Assembly: GCA_012523925.1 (NCBI GenBank)
Contig: JAAYSQ010000042.1
Span: forward strand, 861-64,860
Direction of reading: 5' to 3'
DNA from: Clostridiales bacterium
GTDB lineage: Bacteria > Bacillota > Clostridia > Lachnospirales > Lachnospiraceae
DNA: 64,000 bases
Shown: piece by piece, positions 62,993-64,000 of the stretch
Layout: each line of letters opens with the position of its first letter
Position numbering within the stretch: position 1 is the stretch's first letter
Program-made: the position numbers and the translations under genes
The notes under the pieces: model-generated
Told to the model about the DNA's origin: nothing
The model's input: only the letters and a program-made list of their open reading frames with translations
The model's database searches: none

Positions 62993-64000
62993 ATGATAGA
63001 TACAGTTTTTGCAGAAAGATTTATAGAAAGAGTTACAGAATTCACAAATTACAATGTAAATATTATGAATCAAGAAGGAATTATTATTGCCAGCAAAGAC
63101 AAAGAGCGAATTGGTAGCTTCCACGAGATAGCCTATCGTATTATCTAAGGAGAAGATGATATTATTATTGTTGAGGATAATAGTGATTTTATTGGAGTGA
63201 AAAATGGTGTAAACATGGCCTTTAGTTACGACAAGAAGAAGGTAGGTGTCGTAGGGATCACGGGAAACCCGGAGGAAGTCAAGCCGATTGCCCTTATAAT
63301 AAAAATGTCGATAGAGACTACACTGGAGTATGAGATTTATAAAGATAAGATTTTTCAAAGAAGAAATTCCAAGGAGCAATTCTTACATTATTTACTTTAT
63401 GGTGAAAAAATTCATACAGAAGTGATAGAGGATTTAGCCAAGCAGTTAGGATATCAGGATAATGTTGTTCGCATTCCAATTCTTATTGTTTTTGAAAATA
63501 AGATAAATACCCAAGAGATTTTATCTGGAATAAAGAAGGGCGAATATCACAGCAACCAAGACATTTCAAATGTGATTGGAGATAAGCAACTAATTATATT
63601 CAAACACTTTGATACGAATAAGGAAGAGTTATTTAATACATATAAATATATGATTGGCGAGTATCTAACCGGTTTTTTGAACTTTATAAGAAAAGAAAAA
63701 ATCGCCTGCAAAATATTTGTTGGAACTTTTCAAAACAAATTTGATCGTTATAGTATTTCATTTCAACACTGCCAATGGCTAAAAAAGAATGTTACATCAA
63801 AACCAAATAAAATCGGATACTATTTTTATGATTATGTTGGTCAATATATGAAGTCACAATTACCTATTATTGAACTCTACAATATATACCATATCCTAGA
63901 AGATGCTATAGATGATGAATTTAAAAATATATTAATTGAGACAGTAGAAGTGTTGGAGCGTAACAACTATAACTTAGTAGAAAGTAGCAAAGAGTTGTTT
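62993..64000 (+). pseudogene. CdaR/SdaR sugar-diacid regulator with an internal stop; runs off the window edge
   Basis: MIDTVFA..NVNIMNQEGIIIAS.DKERIGSFHE, then TAA at 63146-63148. The same frame continues GVKNGVNM..VGVVGITGNPEEV toward a PucR-type HTH. Confidence 0.85.

Noticed and set aside
62972-63379. 135-aa minus-strand ORF
   Set aside because: Shadow of the CdaR-family gene on the + strand.

Overview
AT-rich Firmicute chromosome segment. Gene style and content suggest an anaerobic, motile, polysaccharide-degrading Clostridia member, probably Lachnospiraceae (inference). From left to right it holds: a decayed dextran/isomalto-oligosaccharide locus (YesMN-type two-component genes, ABC permeases, GH66, a GH13 stub), prfC, a hemerythrin-like and GNAT pair, a lipid kinase, an LCP protein, two PilZ proteins, dapF, an S66 peptidase plus LTA-synthase-family gene, gatCAB, an orphan FliK-like gene, Nif3-like, signal peptidase I and CofE-like genes, a ~16 kb arabinose/arabinan locus, pflBA, a lipoprotein serpin, gcvT-H-PA-PB-lplA-lpdA, tRNA-Val and tRNA-Met, FetAB-like ABC genes and an interrupted CdaR-family gene. 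I saw no CRISPR array, rRNA, transposase or phage gene. The most unusual signal is non-coding: a dispersed family of long nested hairpins (6823-7043, 43498-43761, 48998-49080, plus a minimal form at 37143-37187), each just downstream of a + strand stop codon. Two copies differ at many stem positions through compensatory changes while keeping the same bulge and loop geometry, which implies a selected RNA or ssDNA structure I do not recognise. The structured leaders of prfC and gcvT are also candidate new cis-regulators. At least seven pseudogenes point to ongoing gene erosion. All pairings and alignments were done by eye; no database search was run.
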